This document shows, in pieces, positions 1-13,110 of a DNA stretch of 64,000 nt; the first letter of the stretch is position 1; each line of letters starts with the position of its first letter. The stretch comes from the human T2T-CHM13v2.0 reference genome, Homo sapiens. The notes under the pieces were generated by a model that was not told where the DNA came from, ran no database searches, and saw only the letters and a list, made by a program, of their open reading frames with translations. The position numbers and the translations under genes are program-made. The DNA lies in assembly GCF_009914755.1 (NCBI RefSeq), contig NC_060929.1; one strand, written 5' to 3'.

Positions 1-1479
1 CAAACAATTTTTTTAAGGTGTGATTTTCGTTGAGGCTGTGATTTTATCGTTTGGAGCAAATGGTGAATTGGGAGAAAAAAAAAAGCTTGGAGTGTACATT
101 TCCTTTACTAAGACATCAGATTGAATCATGCTTTGGGTATTTTGGCTATAGTGTTTTCCAGTCCTTTGCCTCTCAGGAGACCCTAATGTGAAACAAAATG
201 GAAAACTCTATTCGCATTCTCTTTGGGTGAGATCTCCAGGGACTCGGAGGAGGCGAGAGAAACTTTCGCTTGCTCACGACGTATTCTACACAGATGTTGT
301 CCCTGAAAATATTTGCATTGGCAGCTTTTTATATTGGTACAAGGTGGATTATCTGAAAAGAAATAATCTTTTTCCCTTCCCAAAATGCAAAGATTTCTCT
401 ATTCAAGTAGGATATTCTCAAAACAAATTAGTTTTTTAAAATTCAAAATAGTCAGCTATATCATATAAGTAGCTGAATTCCCTCATATTTGCCCATGTCC
501 CTTTCATATTGCAGATATCAAAGAAAATTCATATTTGTTTTTATTTTTCCAAACTCATTAAAGCTTGAATAAATTGTGTTAAGATAAATCTATATTCTCT
601 TTGCAGTTTTTTCTTTGCGCTTTTGAATTTGAGTGGATATCTTCTGTGTATAATATTTGTATTTTTCTATTTTGTAGTATAAGCAACTGACAGGTAAAGC
701 CATTCATGTCCTCTCTATATAATGACAAAAGATAATGTTCGTTTAAAGAGGTATTTTGCTTTTTAACTCAATCTTGCTATTCCTTTTATAATCATAAACT
801 ACATCAATGATGGCTATTTAGAAAATAGGTAGAGTAGGAGGGATGGAGAATACCTCAATAATATAATTGCACTAACATTTATGATTACATGACACCTGAA
901 TTCTACTTAATACTCCAGCTTTACTTATTCCCTGAACTTTTACTATTAATAATATTCAGCCTGAAAAAAAGGTTGAAATGCCAACATCATATTGGAAGAC
1001 AAATTTACATTTCATTCCCAACACCGTAATTTAATAAAAATTTTATGGTGTTATGGGTACTCAATTATGCTCCAAGCAGAGCTGGAATTTAACATTGTTC
1101 CACATACAGAGAGGATCTGGTAGTACTTTATTTTAAACGGTCCTTTGAAAGAGCATTGTAGTATATGATACAACAAATATGCTGCTTTTAAGAGACACTT
1201 TGGAAAACAGTGAATTACTTAAATTGTTTTTCATTTCTGTGAGAGAGCATAAAGTCTCATAATTCACTTAGATTGATTTAATATACTAGGTTACTGAATT
1301 ATCAGGCTTTGAAATAGTCTTTCCTTTAGAATTACAGTGATGTTGATGTTAATATAATATAGACGATATATGTAAAGTTTACATCGTAAGCTAAGATATG
1401 AGTTTTCTTTTTTTTTTTTCCCCTAAGTAAGCATTCTCCTGGGCACTGTTGGAAATAGTTTTTATCACCTCTTTACTTC

Positions 1480-2053
1480 TTCTCGTATCCAATCAAAAGT
1501 CCAGTTGCTTAGATTTTTAGAAGCTCAGTGACATTCATGTTATCTTCCTTTACTTAAAATTATTCAATGCTTTCTTCCCAGTGTTGACTAAATCTAGTCC
1601 AAACTGCCACTTAAAATTCTCCAGTCTGGCTCCTATCTACTTTAATTTGCATATGTGACATCCCAGCTAAACTCCAATCCTCAGAAAAGGCTCCTCACCT
1701 CACTGCCTCTGTTTCATGCTGGTTCCTCTAGTGGAATTCTCCTTCTCCTCCCATTTCTATCTGGTGAATTATTTCATCTTTCAAGACTTGGCCATATGTT
1801 AACTTTTTCCCAGACTGAAGTATTTTGTCCAGTATTGGTTTCTTCTACTATATTTTTTATTTTTTCTTATGACACTTATTACATGGAGACTTACAAAATA
1901 TGCTCTTTTCTTATAAGCATGGTATTAACATGCATTAATTTTATTAACTCCTTATTAACTAAGTTCCTTGTCAGAAGCACCTATATCTCAGACTCGGAAG
2001 CACTTGCGTGATATTGGCTGCATAGTAGGCCCTAAATGTTTGTGGAATGAATA
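1480..2053 (+). mobile_element. LINE-2 3' fragment (degraded)
   Basis: Ends in the L2-type tail 'gcatagtaggccctaaatgtttgtggaatgaat', preceded by a pyrimidine-rich L2-like body. Boundaries are approximate. Confidence 0.6.
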
Positions 2054-2229
2054 GATTCACTGTTGGAGCAGATGTTTGTATGTGCTAATTGAGTGGTCAC
2101 ATATCCTTGCCTCTGAATACATTTTACTTAGTGCTTCAATTTAAACTGGCTATAACTCCAAATTATCAGCCGTAAAGAGTCTATCCATGTGTATCCATGA
2201 ACTTTTTCACCATTAAAATCTTCTACTTG

Positions 2230-2352
2230 GGCTGGGCAGAGTGGAGCATGCCTGCAGTGCCAGTTACTTGGGAGGCTGAAGCAGTAGGATCACTTGACTT
2301 TAGGAGTTTGAGACTAGCCAGGGCAACATAATGAGATCCCTAATTTAAAAAT
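2230..2352 (+). mobile_element. FLAM (free left Alu monomer, FLAM_A-like)
   Basis: Single ~120-bp monomer GGCTGGGCAGAGTGG...GGAGTTTGAGACTAGCCAGGGCAACATAATGAGATCCC with a short A-rich end and no right arm. Confidence 0.8.
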
Positions 2353-2503
2353 TAAACCAACCTCTAATTGATTGGAAGTATTGATTTTTTCCATCCACTT
2401 TACACAACAGGGTATTTAACTTGCACTGTTAGCCACCTCATTATTATATAAGGTTGCATAACTAACCATAGGTATTTCCAGGTATAGCCCTTTATTTTGA
2501 AAG

Positions 2504-4860
2504 TTTTATTTTTATTTAATTAACAAGCTTGATTTTTTAGAAGGAGTTTTAAGTTCATAGCAAAATTGAGCAAAGGACAGAGAGTTCCCATATACCTATT
2601 CTCCTATACTCAATTTCTTCCACTAGAACATCCTCCACCCGTGGTGCATTTGTTACAATAGGCAAACTGACATTGACACAGTATTATCATCCAAAGTCCA
2701 TAGTTTACATAAGGGTCCACTCTTGGTGTTGCACGTTACGTGGGTTTTGACAAATGGATGACGACATGTCTCCACCACTGTAGTATGTCATACAGAATAG
2801 TTTAGCTGCTGTAAAAATCCTCTGTGCTCTATTTATTTCTATCTCCTGCTAATTCCTGTAAATATCTAATCTTTTTACTGTCCACAATTTCACCATTTCT
2901 TCAGCGTTGTATAGTTGGAATCATACCATATGTGCTGTTAAAGATGGGTTTCTTTCACTTAGTAACATGCATTTAAGTTTTCTCCATGTCTCTTCTTGGT
3001 TTGATAGTTCATTTCTTTTTAGTGCTGAATAATATTCCATTGTCTGGATATAATACAGTTTATTCATTAACCCACTGAATGATACCTTGGTTGCTTCCAA
3101 GTTTTGGCAATTGAATAAAGCTACTGTAAACATCTGTGTGCAGATTTTTGTGTAGACATAAGTTTTTAACTCCGTTGAATAAGTACCAAGGAGTGTGAGT
3201 GTTGAATCATATGGTAAAAGTATATTTAGTTATGAGAGAAACTGTAAACTGTCTTCCAAAGTGGCTGTACCATTTTATGTTCCCACCAGCAATGAATTAA
3301 GATTTCTCATTGCTCCACATCCTAACCAGGAGTTGGTATTGTCAGTGTCTTAAATTTTGCCATTCTAGTAAGTGCAGAATAGTATCCCATTGTTTTAATT
3401 TGCAATTTCCTAATGAATATGATATTGAACATCTATTCATATATTGAATTGCCATTTTTGTATCTTCTTTGGTGAGGTGTCTGTTTAAGACTTTAGCTCA
3501 TTTTTTAAAAATTGGGTTGTTCATCTTTTTATTGTTGAGTTTTAAGGGGTCTTTGTAATTTAGGATGAGTCCTTTATCCTATCTGTCTTTTAACAATATT
3601 TTCTCACAGTCCGTGGCTTGTCTTCTCATTTTCTTGACATTGACTTCTGCAGAGCAGAATTTTTAATTTTAATGGAGTTAGCTTATCAATTATTTCTTTC
3701 ATGGATTGTGCCTTTGATGTTGTGTGTAAAAAGTCATCGCCATACTCAAGGTCATATAGATTTTTCTCCTATGTTATCTTCTAGAAATTTTACAGTTTTG
3801 CATTTTGCATTTAGATCTCTGATCCATTTTGAGATAACTTTTGTGAAGGGCACAACATCTTTATCTAGATTTATTTTTATTTTTTGCATGTGGATGTCCA
3901 GTTGTTCTAGCCTAATTTTTTGAAAAGACTATCCTACTATCCTTGCTCCATTGTATTGCTTTTGCTCTTTTGTCAAAGATCAATTGACTGTATGTACATG
4001 AGTCTCTGTCTGGGTTATTTATTCTGTCCCATTGATCTATTTGTCCATTCTTTCACCATTGCCACACAGTCTCAATTATTATAGCTTTATGGTAATATTT
4101 TGATTGGGATTGTTTTGAATCTATAGATCAAGTTGGGAAGAAGTGACATTTTGACAAGATTGAGTTTTCCTATCCATTGACATGGAATATCTCTCCATTC
4201 ATTCAGTTCTTCTTTGATATCTTTCATAAGCATTTTGTAATTTTCCTCACATAGATCTTGTGCATATTTTGTCATATTTATAACATAAGTATTTAATTTT
4301 TGTCAGTGCTAATGTAAATGATACTGTGTTTTTAATTCCAAATTCCACTTGTTTATTGCTGGTATAAATAAAAGCAATTAACCTTTATATATTAACCTTC
4401 TAACTGCTGTAATTGCTTATTAGTTCTAGGAGGTTTTTAAAATATTTTTGGGTAGATTATTTAAGATATTCCACATAGATGATCATGCTAACTGTGAAAA
4501 AAGACAGTTTTATTTTTTTCACAATCTGTATACCGCTTCTTTTCTTTTCTTATTTTATTGCATTAGCTAGGTTTTCCAGTACAATGTTGAAGAGCAGTGG
4601 TGAGAGGGGACGTTCTTGCCTTGTTCCTGATTTTAGTGAGAAAGCTTCAAGTTTTCACCATTAAACATTAAGGTAGCTGTATGTTTTTTACAGATGTTCT
4701 TTATCAAGCTGAGGAATTTCTCCTCTATTCCTATTTTGCTGAGATTTTTTTATTATAATTGAGTGTTGGATTTGTCAAATGCTTTCTCTGAATTTATTGA
4801 TATGACTAAGTGATTTTTCTTGTTTAAGCTGTTGGTTGATGGATTATGTTAATTTATTTT
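2504..4860 (-). mobile_element. Old L1 (L1MC1/2-like) 3' UTR plus ORF2 C-terminal/RT portion, inactive
   Basis: T-rich tail at 2504, then the L1MC-type 3' UTR ('aagttcatagcaaaattgagc...agagttcccatatacc'). ORF 4087-4275(-) 'EENYKMLMKDIKEELNEWRDIPCQWIGKLNLVKMSLLPNLIYRFKTIPIK' matches L1 ORF2p. Many stops and indels. Confidence 0.9.
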
Positions 4861-6857
4861 CTTTAGACATTTCTTACAAGGCAGTTATACTGGCAACAAA
4901 TTCCCTCCAATTTTGTTAATTTGAGAAAGTATATATTTCTCCTTTATTTGAATGATAATTTCACAGGGTACCAAATTCTCAGGTGGCAGGTATTTTTCTC
5001 CCAAAATGTTAAGTATTTCACTCTTCTCCTTTCTTGCTTGCATGGGTTTTGGGGGCAAAGTTGGATGTAAATCTTACCTTTGTCTTTCTATAGTTAATAT
5101 TTTTAATATATATGTATTATATATATTATACATATATATTTTAATATATATGTATTTTATGTATATATCTATATATCTATAAAATATATAAATATATATC
5201 TATATAAATATGTATCTATATAAATATATCTATATAAATATATATCTATATAAATATATCTATATAAATATATATCTATATAAATATATCTATATAAATA
5301 TATATGTGCCATATATATATTACTTCCCTCATATTTTATTAATATTGACCTTTGATTTTCTGAAGTTTGAATATGATATACCTAGGTGTTTATTTATTCT
5401 CTGGTTTTGTTAGTTTTTTTCTCTTCTCCTCCTCCTCCTCCTCCTCTCCCTCCTATTTTCATTTATCCTGGTTGGTGTTTTCCAAGCTTCCTGGGTCTGT
5501 GGTTTCATTTCTGGTATTAATTTTGAGAAATCCTCAGTCATTATTGCTTCAAATATTGCCTGTGGTCCTTTCTTTCTTTCTTCTCCTTCTAATATTCCCA
5601 TCACAAATATGTTACATCTTTTGTATGTGTCCTGCAGTTCTTGGATATTCTGTTCTTTTTTTCCATGTGCTGTTCTCCCTGCTTTTCAGTTTTCGAAATT
5701 TCTATTATCATATCCTCAAGCTCAGATACTATTTCTTAAGCTGTGTCCAGTCTACTAATGGGCCAGTTAATAGTATTCTTTATTTCCCTTACAATGGTTT
5801 AGATCTCTAGCATTTCTTCTTTTAATTTTTTTCCTGAAATTTGCAACTCTCTGCTTACATCATTTATCTATTTTTGCATGTTGTGTACTTTTTCTGTTAA
5901 GATCCTTAGCTTATTAATGGTCATTTAAAAAACTTTTTGGTCTGATTATTCTAACAACCCTGCCATCTCTAATCTGGTTCTGATGCTTGTACAGTCTCTT
6001 TACACTGTATATTTTTTTGCCTTTCATTATGTCTTGCAACTTTTTGTTCAAAGATGGGCATGGTGTACTGGGTAAAAACACCTGTGGTAAATAAAACTTT
6101 TTGTAATGCAGTGATAAGATGCAGGAGAGGGGTGTTTTATATTCTTCTAGCTAAGTCTCAGTGGACCTGGACTGTGAACTTCATCAGTGCTTCTCAGTTT
6201 CCCCACTCCCTTTATGTGGGACAGGATGGCTGGAAGGGGCTAAAGTTGGTATTTTCCCTTTCACTCCATGGAAGGCTAGAGAAAACTGGAGTTGATATTT
6301 CTCTTAGCACAGGTAGGTTAGGTTATGCTACCTATTCAGGAGCTTAGGCTTTAGTAAAATAGTTGCTCTTCAGAGCAGACCTTGTTAAGAAGAACAGAAT
6401 GCTCTGGTGTATTTCAAAATAGTTCCTTTCCTCCTTCCCCTGCCAGAAGCACAGGGGGATTTTTCTCTAATACTCACTGTCAGGATTTGGCAGAGCTCCT
6501 GGAGTTAAAACTCACAAATATGTTGGAGCCTCCCTATGACTGGGTCCTGCTGGAGTTTTTAAATCTTGGAGCTGTCCACACTGAGCCTCCAGCAATTCAT
6601 CAATTACAGTTCAGATTTCCTTACCCCAACACTGGTTCCACAGAGGTTTCTGCTTGTGGCTTTCTGCTCCATTATGTTATTCCCTGAATATACCTACAAG
6701 TCTTTTAAATTCAGGGGCCAGCAGTTTGACCAATGACCTCACTTATCTGACATATCTAAGAAGAGTTGTTGATTTTTCAGTTTGTTCAGGTTTCCGCTTG
6801 CTAAGATGGAGCAGTGACTTCAAGGCTCTCTACATGCCAGGCCAGAAAACAGAAGTT
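4861..6857 (-). mobile_element. Old L1 5' UTR plus ORF1 portion (L1MC/MD-type 5' end)
   Basis: ORF 5410-5604(-) 'GILEGEERKKGPQAIFEAIMTEDFSKLIPEMKPQTQEAWKTPTRIN' resembles the L1 ORF1p RRM region. 6050-6857 resembles an L1M 5' end terminating 'ccagaaaacagaagt'. Confidence 0.75.
5097..5320. repeat. AT-rich compound microsatellite with 30-bp higher-order period
   Basis: Alternating TATATAAATATATATC and TATATAAATATATC units. This gives the 10-aa periodic ORF 'YLYKYIYINI'. Confidence 0.9.
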
Positions 6858-7117
6858 AAGGGTCAGTATTGAAGTTTTGTTAAGTTTTGAGAGTAGAGTC
6901 TATGACCTATAATAGGCATTCTATAAATAATTGTTGATTGACCAACTGATTGACTCATATATTCTATGCTAAATATCAATCTAGAGATAGTTGACCAGGG
7001 GTGCAATATATGATGACTTTTACAAACTCTGATAATTAAAATATGTTAATTACTTAAAAACTTTAAATAGCTATTGCTATTAGGTGTATTCTGTTTCTTA
7101 GAAAGTATACAATTTTT

Positions 7118-7450
7118 GGCAAGGTATGATGGCTTATGCCTGTTATCCCAGCACTTTGGGATGGTAAGGCAGGAGAATCACTTGAAGCCAGGAATTTGAG
7201 ACCTCCTTGGTTAACATAGCAAGACCCTATCTCTATAAAAAATCAGCCAGGTGTGGTGGTGCATGCCTGTGGTTCCAGCTACTTGGAAGGCTGAGATGAG
7301 AGGATCACCTGAGCCCAGGAGTTCAAGGCTTCGGTCAGCCATGACAGTGCCACTGCACGCCAGCTCAGGCAACAGAGCAAGACTTTGTCTCTTAAGAGGG
7401 GGGCGGGGAAAAAAAAGAAGAAAGAAAGAAAAAGAAAAGGAAAAGAGAAA
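7118..7450 (+). mobile_element. AluJ
   Basis: Diverged dimeric Alu with J-type 'cacttgaagccaggaatttgag' and 'gagcccaggagttcaaggct'. GA-rich tail. Degenerate TSD agaaagtatacaa / agaaagtgcacag. Confidence 0.9.
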
Positions 7451-7495
7451 GTGCACAGCTCATCTTACTTTCCAGACCATTTAAATCTATATAAT

Positions 7496-7741
7496 CTTCA
7501 GTTCTCAAACTGTGGGCTGAGGTGACTGGGTGAGCTTCAGCAAACTCACTTGGGATCTACAAGATATTTCAAATATACAAGAAAAGACAGCACCCCCAAG
7601 TCTAAACTGCTACTATTAAGTTGTTTGAACCTAAATGCTTATTACAGGAACTGTCAGGTAATTCTCTTGCCTTAGGGGAACCATGAAAATATTACTGAGA
7701 CACTAAGGGTACTGCAAACTGAGAAAGTCTGCAAACCTCTG
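7496..7741 (+). mobile_element. hAT-Charlie MITE (MER112-like)
   Basis: Termini 'cagttctcaaactgtg' and 'ctgagacactaagggtactgcaaactgagaaagtctgcaaacctctg' match the recalled MER112 consensus. Confidence 0.7.
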
Positions 7742-8312
7742 ATATGATCCATCATTTAAATGTGAATATGCAGCATATGAATCAGAAAAGGTAACACTGG
7801 AATTCCCTCACTGTCATTAAAACATACAAAATGCAAACCTTAATGCACAAAACTCACTTTAATAAAATAATAATGGACAATTTAGGAGTACAAGTAGTCA
7901 TTCCTAACATGTTGATTTTAGAAGCTCCCATTTATGTCAACTTTTTGGAATTCATAGTGCATTGCTCAACAGAGAGAATGTTAATTAACAGGGGTGATAA
8001 TGTTCCTATTCACCCATATAAACCTATTTATTCCATTATGTAGCTATTGCCAATTAAAACTATACTGGATATACTTAACAGTTTTTCAGACGAATGTTTC
8101 TACTACCTTGTAGTTGAGGTGCCAAATGAAAGATCATACTTTGTAGTGGATAGTATAAACAATGTCCTTATGTAGAAATATACACACATACATACGTTAC
8201 TCCCCAAAGGCATTCAGAATTGAAAGCAAGCACCAGCAACATCTGGGAGTTGATAACCACTGAAAGCTGGTTACTAACAGCTACTGATTCCTAGTTACTG
8301 ATAGTTATTTGA

Positions 8313-8647
<335 letters not shown>

Positions 8648-8893
8648 TAAGTAAATTTCTATATAGAATTTCAACTTAGAACTTGTTTTAATTCATAAAT
8701 TAAAAACTTTTTAATTAAAACAAATTCTATATAGAAATTTACTTATGTGGCACTGCAGCAATGGATGTATCTTTGTCAGATATTGTAGAAATATTGAAAT
8801 ACACCTTATATACTAACATTTTTCTTACACACCTTGGTCCTGGTGGTACGATTAGAATTCCTTTACTACCTCTGCCTTGTAAAGTGTATCAAC

Positions 8894-9530
<637 letters not shown>

Positions 9531-9544
9531 GTATGGACTCTCTG

Positions 9545-9695
9545 TAGTAGAATCACCTGTTGTTGCTTGTTAAAAGCTGATTTCTGGTCTTTTCCCCAGA
9601 CTTACAGAATTAGAATATTTGAGGGAGTGTCTAGTGTTCTAAAATTTTTAGTTTTCCAGGTGATTCTTCTATATGTTAACATTGAAGAACATTTT
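9545..9695. mobile_element. MER5-like DNA transposon fragment
   Basis: 'tagaatcacctg...gcttgttaaaa...ccccagacttacagaattagaat...ccaggtgattct' is a MER5 pattern. Confidence 0.6.
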
Positions 9696-9729
9696 ACTTC
9701 TAGGGGTGGTGCGTGATTAATCTCTCTCC

Positions 9730-9732
<3 letters not shown>

Positions 9733-9769
<37 letters not shown>

Positions 9770-9796
9770 CATACGCACCCCCCACACACGCACACG
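9733..9796. repeat. (CA)n microsatellite
   Basis: About 17 perfect AC units followed by an imperfect CA/CG extension. Confidence 0.95.
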
Positions 9797-11215
9797 AATG
9801 TTAATCCCAGTTAATGCTTATTTTATTGGAAGAGAAAGTAGTCTTTATCTTCTGCTTCTTCTTGAATAAACCCTAATGCTCCTATTATACGCATTTATTT
9901 TTTTAAATATATTTGTTGGTGGAAAGAATTCAGCTATTCTCCTTGAAAGAGTTCAGAGTCTGAGAATATGTGGTTTGCAAGGGTAACACCTTGCTCAGAT
10001 CGCACTCATCCTAAAGTTGGGCATCTCTGTTCTAGTCAACTGGTGGCTGTTTAATGCAATTTGCAATGGACACAGATAATTTAACAGGCACAATTTATTA
10101 GACAAACTTTTTAAAAGCAAAAGCATTTTCGGTGAATTCTATGCTCAAGGGTTGATGAAACATTACTAAATATTTCCTGCGTGGGTTTGGGACACTCAGG
10201 GAAATGGTAAGGATGGCCACAGTAATTTTTCTCACAGAGATAATTGATAATCACATCCACAGCAGTGACAAATGGTAACGTAAGTGAAAGAAAAGAGTAA
10301 AAAATATTCAAGCATCAAAAGGATCATTCAATCAGTCTTCTAGAGGCAGGTAACTTTTTACACAATCCCTATTGGTAAAGCAAATACAAACTGAATTCGT
10401 GTGTTAAACGTGTTTACTTTTGCACCAAAAACAGTAACACAGACAATGTGTTTCAATTAAAAGGAACCCTGGAGCAAAAACGTGTTACAGTCAGGGGTAG
10501 AAGCAGAGTGTATCATTATCTCGTAGGCACAGCTGTCAAGATAATGAACAGCTAAGAAGAGTGGACAATGGAAGGTGAAGTATGACTTGTCATGAAACTG
10601 TCAATAGAATCTGAGCTCACTTTCCATTAGTAGGTGCTATGAAATTGCAGGGATGTGCTGAACAGCCACAGAAATAACTAAAGTAAAAGTGGCTTCATGG
10701 CACTTAGTAATTTTAATATTTGTCATTGTTACCAAAAGCCTTAAAGCAGTGATTTCAATGTTTAATTCCTCTTCTATGAGTTGTTGGTCTCAATTTTTCC
10801 TTTATTGCCTTGAAATCAAAACAGAAATTCCTCAAGTGTTTTCTCTTTGAGAGCATTTTTTGTTGTTGCTCTTTATCTTCTTTAGTATGGAATGTAATAG
10901 TTGAATATCGCTTGGATTGCTGTCTCTTCTGAAGGCTAATAGGGTATTTTATAAATCTGGCTGAGACGTGGGTTAAAGGTAGGTTGGGTTTAGGTAAAAA
11001 TTGATTGCTACTGAACTGAGTTCAAGCATAAAAATCCCAAATGGATAAAATCTAGATAGCAGACAGGCCAAAAGAAACATAAAAAAGAACTCAGGTTGGA
11101 TTTTAAATGAAAAATTCACTAAGACTCCATGTCCAAGAATACACATTGAAAAAAAAAATCTGTGTCTGGTGAAAGAAAGAATCAAGGAATTATAAGTATT
11201 GTATAACTATTTTTG

Positions 11216-11500
11216 ATTCATTAATTTATTCATTCAACATGGATTGAACATTTACCTACTTCATGCCAGGTGTTGTTCTAGATCCTGGGGACAGGTGAAC
11301 ACGACAGGCAAGGTCTCTGCTCTAATGTAGGGAGACACACAAGAAATGTATTAAAAAAGAAACAAAGAAAATAATTTCACATAGCAATAAGTGAGATGAA
11401 GAAAATATAATAGGGTATTGTGGTGGAGTGACTATGGGGCTTGGGACAGCTGATCAATGAGAACTTCTTGGCAGAGAAAATAGTTTAAATCCAAAGGTCG
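11216..11500 (-). mobile_element. LINE-2 3' end
   Basis: 'attcattaatttattcattcaaca...tgaacatttacctacttcatgccaggtgttgttctag' is the antisense L2 tail. Confidence 0.75.
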
Positions 11501-11989
11501 AAGGAGCTAGAAGGAGAGAGAAGATCTAAATGGATCTGAGTATTAGTACAGGAAGGATACAGAAAGAAACACAATCTTTCTGGCTTCCTCCTTAATGCCA
11601 AAATTCAACCTTCTTCTTTTGAAGAAGTCAGACCCCCTTCTAGTCATAGATGTTGAGAATTTTTGATGTAGGTCAACTGGTTTCTTTCTTCTCACATCTT
11701 CTAGAAATGTCCAATTGGTGGACACATTGTAAGTTTCTAGACAGTTTCTCAGGTCTTTTTCACTCCCTGTATTTCAAGTATAAGAATGTCTTTTGCCCTC
11801 ATGTTGGGCATCTCAATATCTGTTTCTGGAGCCACGTGTTGACTCTCCAGAGATAAACCTTGTCTTGCAGAGCTTATGATTCTGTGTCAGGCACGGAGTA
11901 GACACATGTAAATATTTTCTTTTTAAAAGAAAAAATGAGAAGAACATCCCCCAAAGCCAAGCTGCTAAATTATGTTCTCACACACAGTT

Positions 11990-12160
11990 CCAGGAGTTGC
12001 CAAACTCAAGGTCTAGGACTGGTTTCAAAAGCATTAACGAGGAAGTTTTAAAATTCCTGAGCCTTACCCTTGGAGATTCCTATTTAGTAGACCTGGAACG
12101 ATGTCTGTGTATCTGCATTTTCAAATGTTCTCTAATAGAACCTTATCATTAAACAGTTTT
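11990..12160. mobile_element. MER5-like fragment
   Basis: 'aaaattcctgagccttacccttggagattcctatttagtagacctgg...atctgcattttcaa' is a MER5 pattern. Confidence 0.5.
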
Positions 12161-12559
12161 ATGTCTGCTATTAGGCCAGGGGTGGGGGAATCTCATTTTT
12201 CTCTGTCAATGGCTTCCTCGACTTTGATTATTTGTTTGTTCACTCAGCCTTTCAGTAAGTGGTATATTTGAACTACAGCCAACAATTAAGATTATTCTTA
12301 CTGTGCTTAAGCATATGACAGATACAGGAAAGGTATGTTTTGTTGTTTAAATTCAGAAGCCAAATGTGTAATTGTACAGGTCTTCTTTTGAAATATGTGC
12401 AAAATCTGACCATCTGAACCAGCTCCCATCCTGATAATGAAATCAGTTCTCTTAATGGCTAGAAAGTTTACAAATTGAAGCATATTTAATAGCCTATATA
12501 TTCACACCCTGAAAGCTTTGGATAGTTAGGATTTTAGATTAGAATTCAACTTTTTCTCC

Positions 12560-13110
12560 CTATTAAATGCCAGCCGGGCGAGTTGCATTAATGACGGTGG
12601 TTATGTTTGAATGTGAATGGAGGACATCTGGCGTTATCAGGAGATCAAACGTTGGGAGTCTGCGTGATGACTCTCATCTGTTTGTCACCCAGCAGGTGTA
12701 ATGGATGGCAGGCATGTGGGCTGTTTGCCCAAGTTAATGTACAGACCTAATATATTGAGGGGAGAAGAAGTTTCCCCTACAATTTTAAAGTGTCACAGCC
12801 CAAGGTAGGCGGACGGGGGCCTGGGGGAGGGTTGGACTGGTGGAGTGGATATTTTCCGCTGCACCAATTTCTTGAGTAAAATCGCCGTTTTCTAGCCTAC
12901 AGGCATTTCCCTTGTCCCGTTTCAACAAACTTCCACGGCCCAATTTGTTATTCAAAAATTTATGGAAAATGTATGTTAAAGTGAAAAGGGTACATTGTGC
13001 AGAAAAGGGAAGCAGCTTGTAAGCATATCATTATGCGTGAGCCATGGGGCCCGCAGATGGCACTTCTACTCAGAAACGAGAGTCGTGCCAAAAGCTGAAC
13101 TCTAAATACA
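12560..13110. promoter_or_regulatory. Candidate non-coding regulatory element (enhancer-like)
   Basis: No repeat recognised. CpGs are locally retained (~17 by eye). Clustered E-boxes (CATCTG 12625 and 12675, CAGGTG 12693, CAGATG 13054), TTATCA, AGATCAAAC and TAAT motifs. Function is inferred only. Confidence 0.4.

Noticed and set aside
4087-5604. L1 ORF1/ORF2 peptides as functional CDS
   Set aside because: They are short remnants in an element with many stops, deletions and microsatellite insertions.
2490-6885. TSD flanking the old L1 (tattttgaaagtttt / tattgaagtttt)
   Set aside because: The match is low-complexity and offset from the inferred 5' end, so it cannot be told from chance.
12279-12338. 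Exon ending at the strong donor AAG|GTATGT (~12333)
   Set aside because: Upstream acceptors have poor polypyrimidine tracts. Lone donor-like sites are common.
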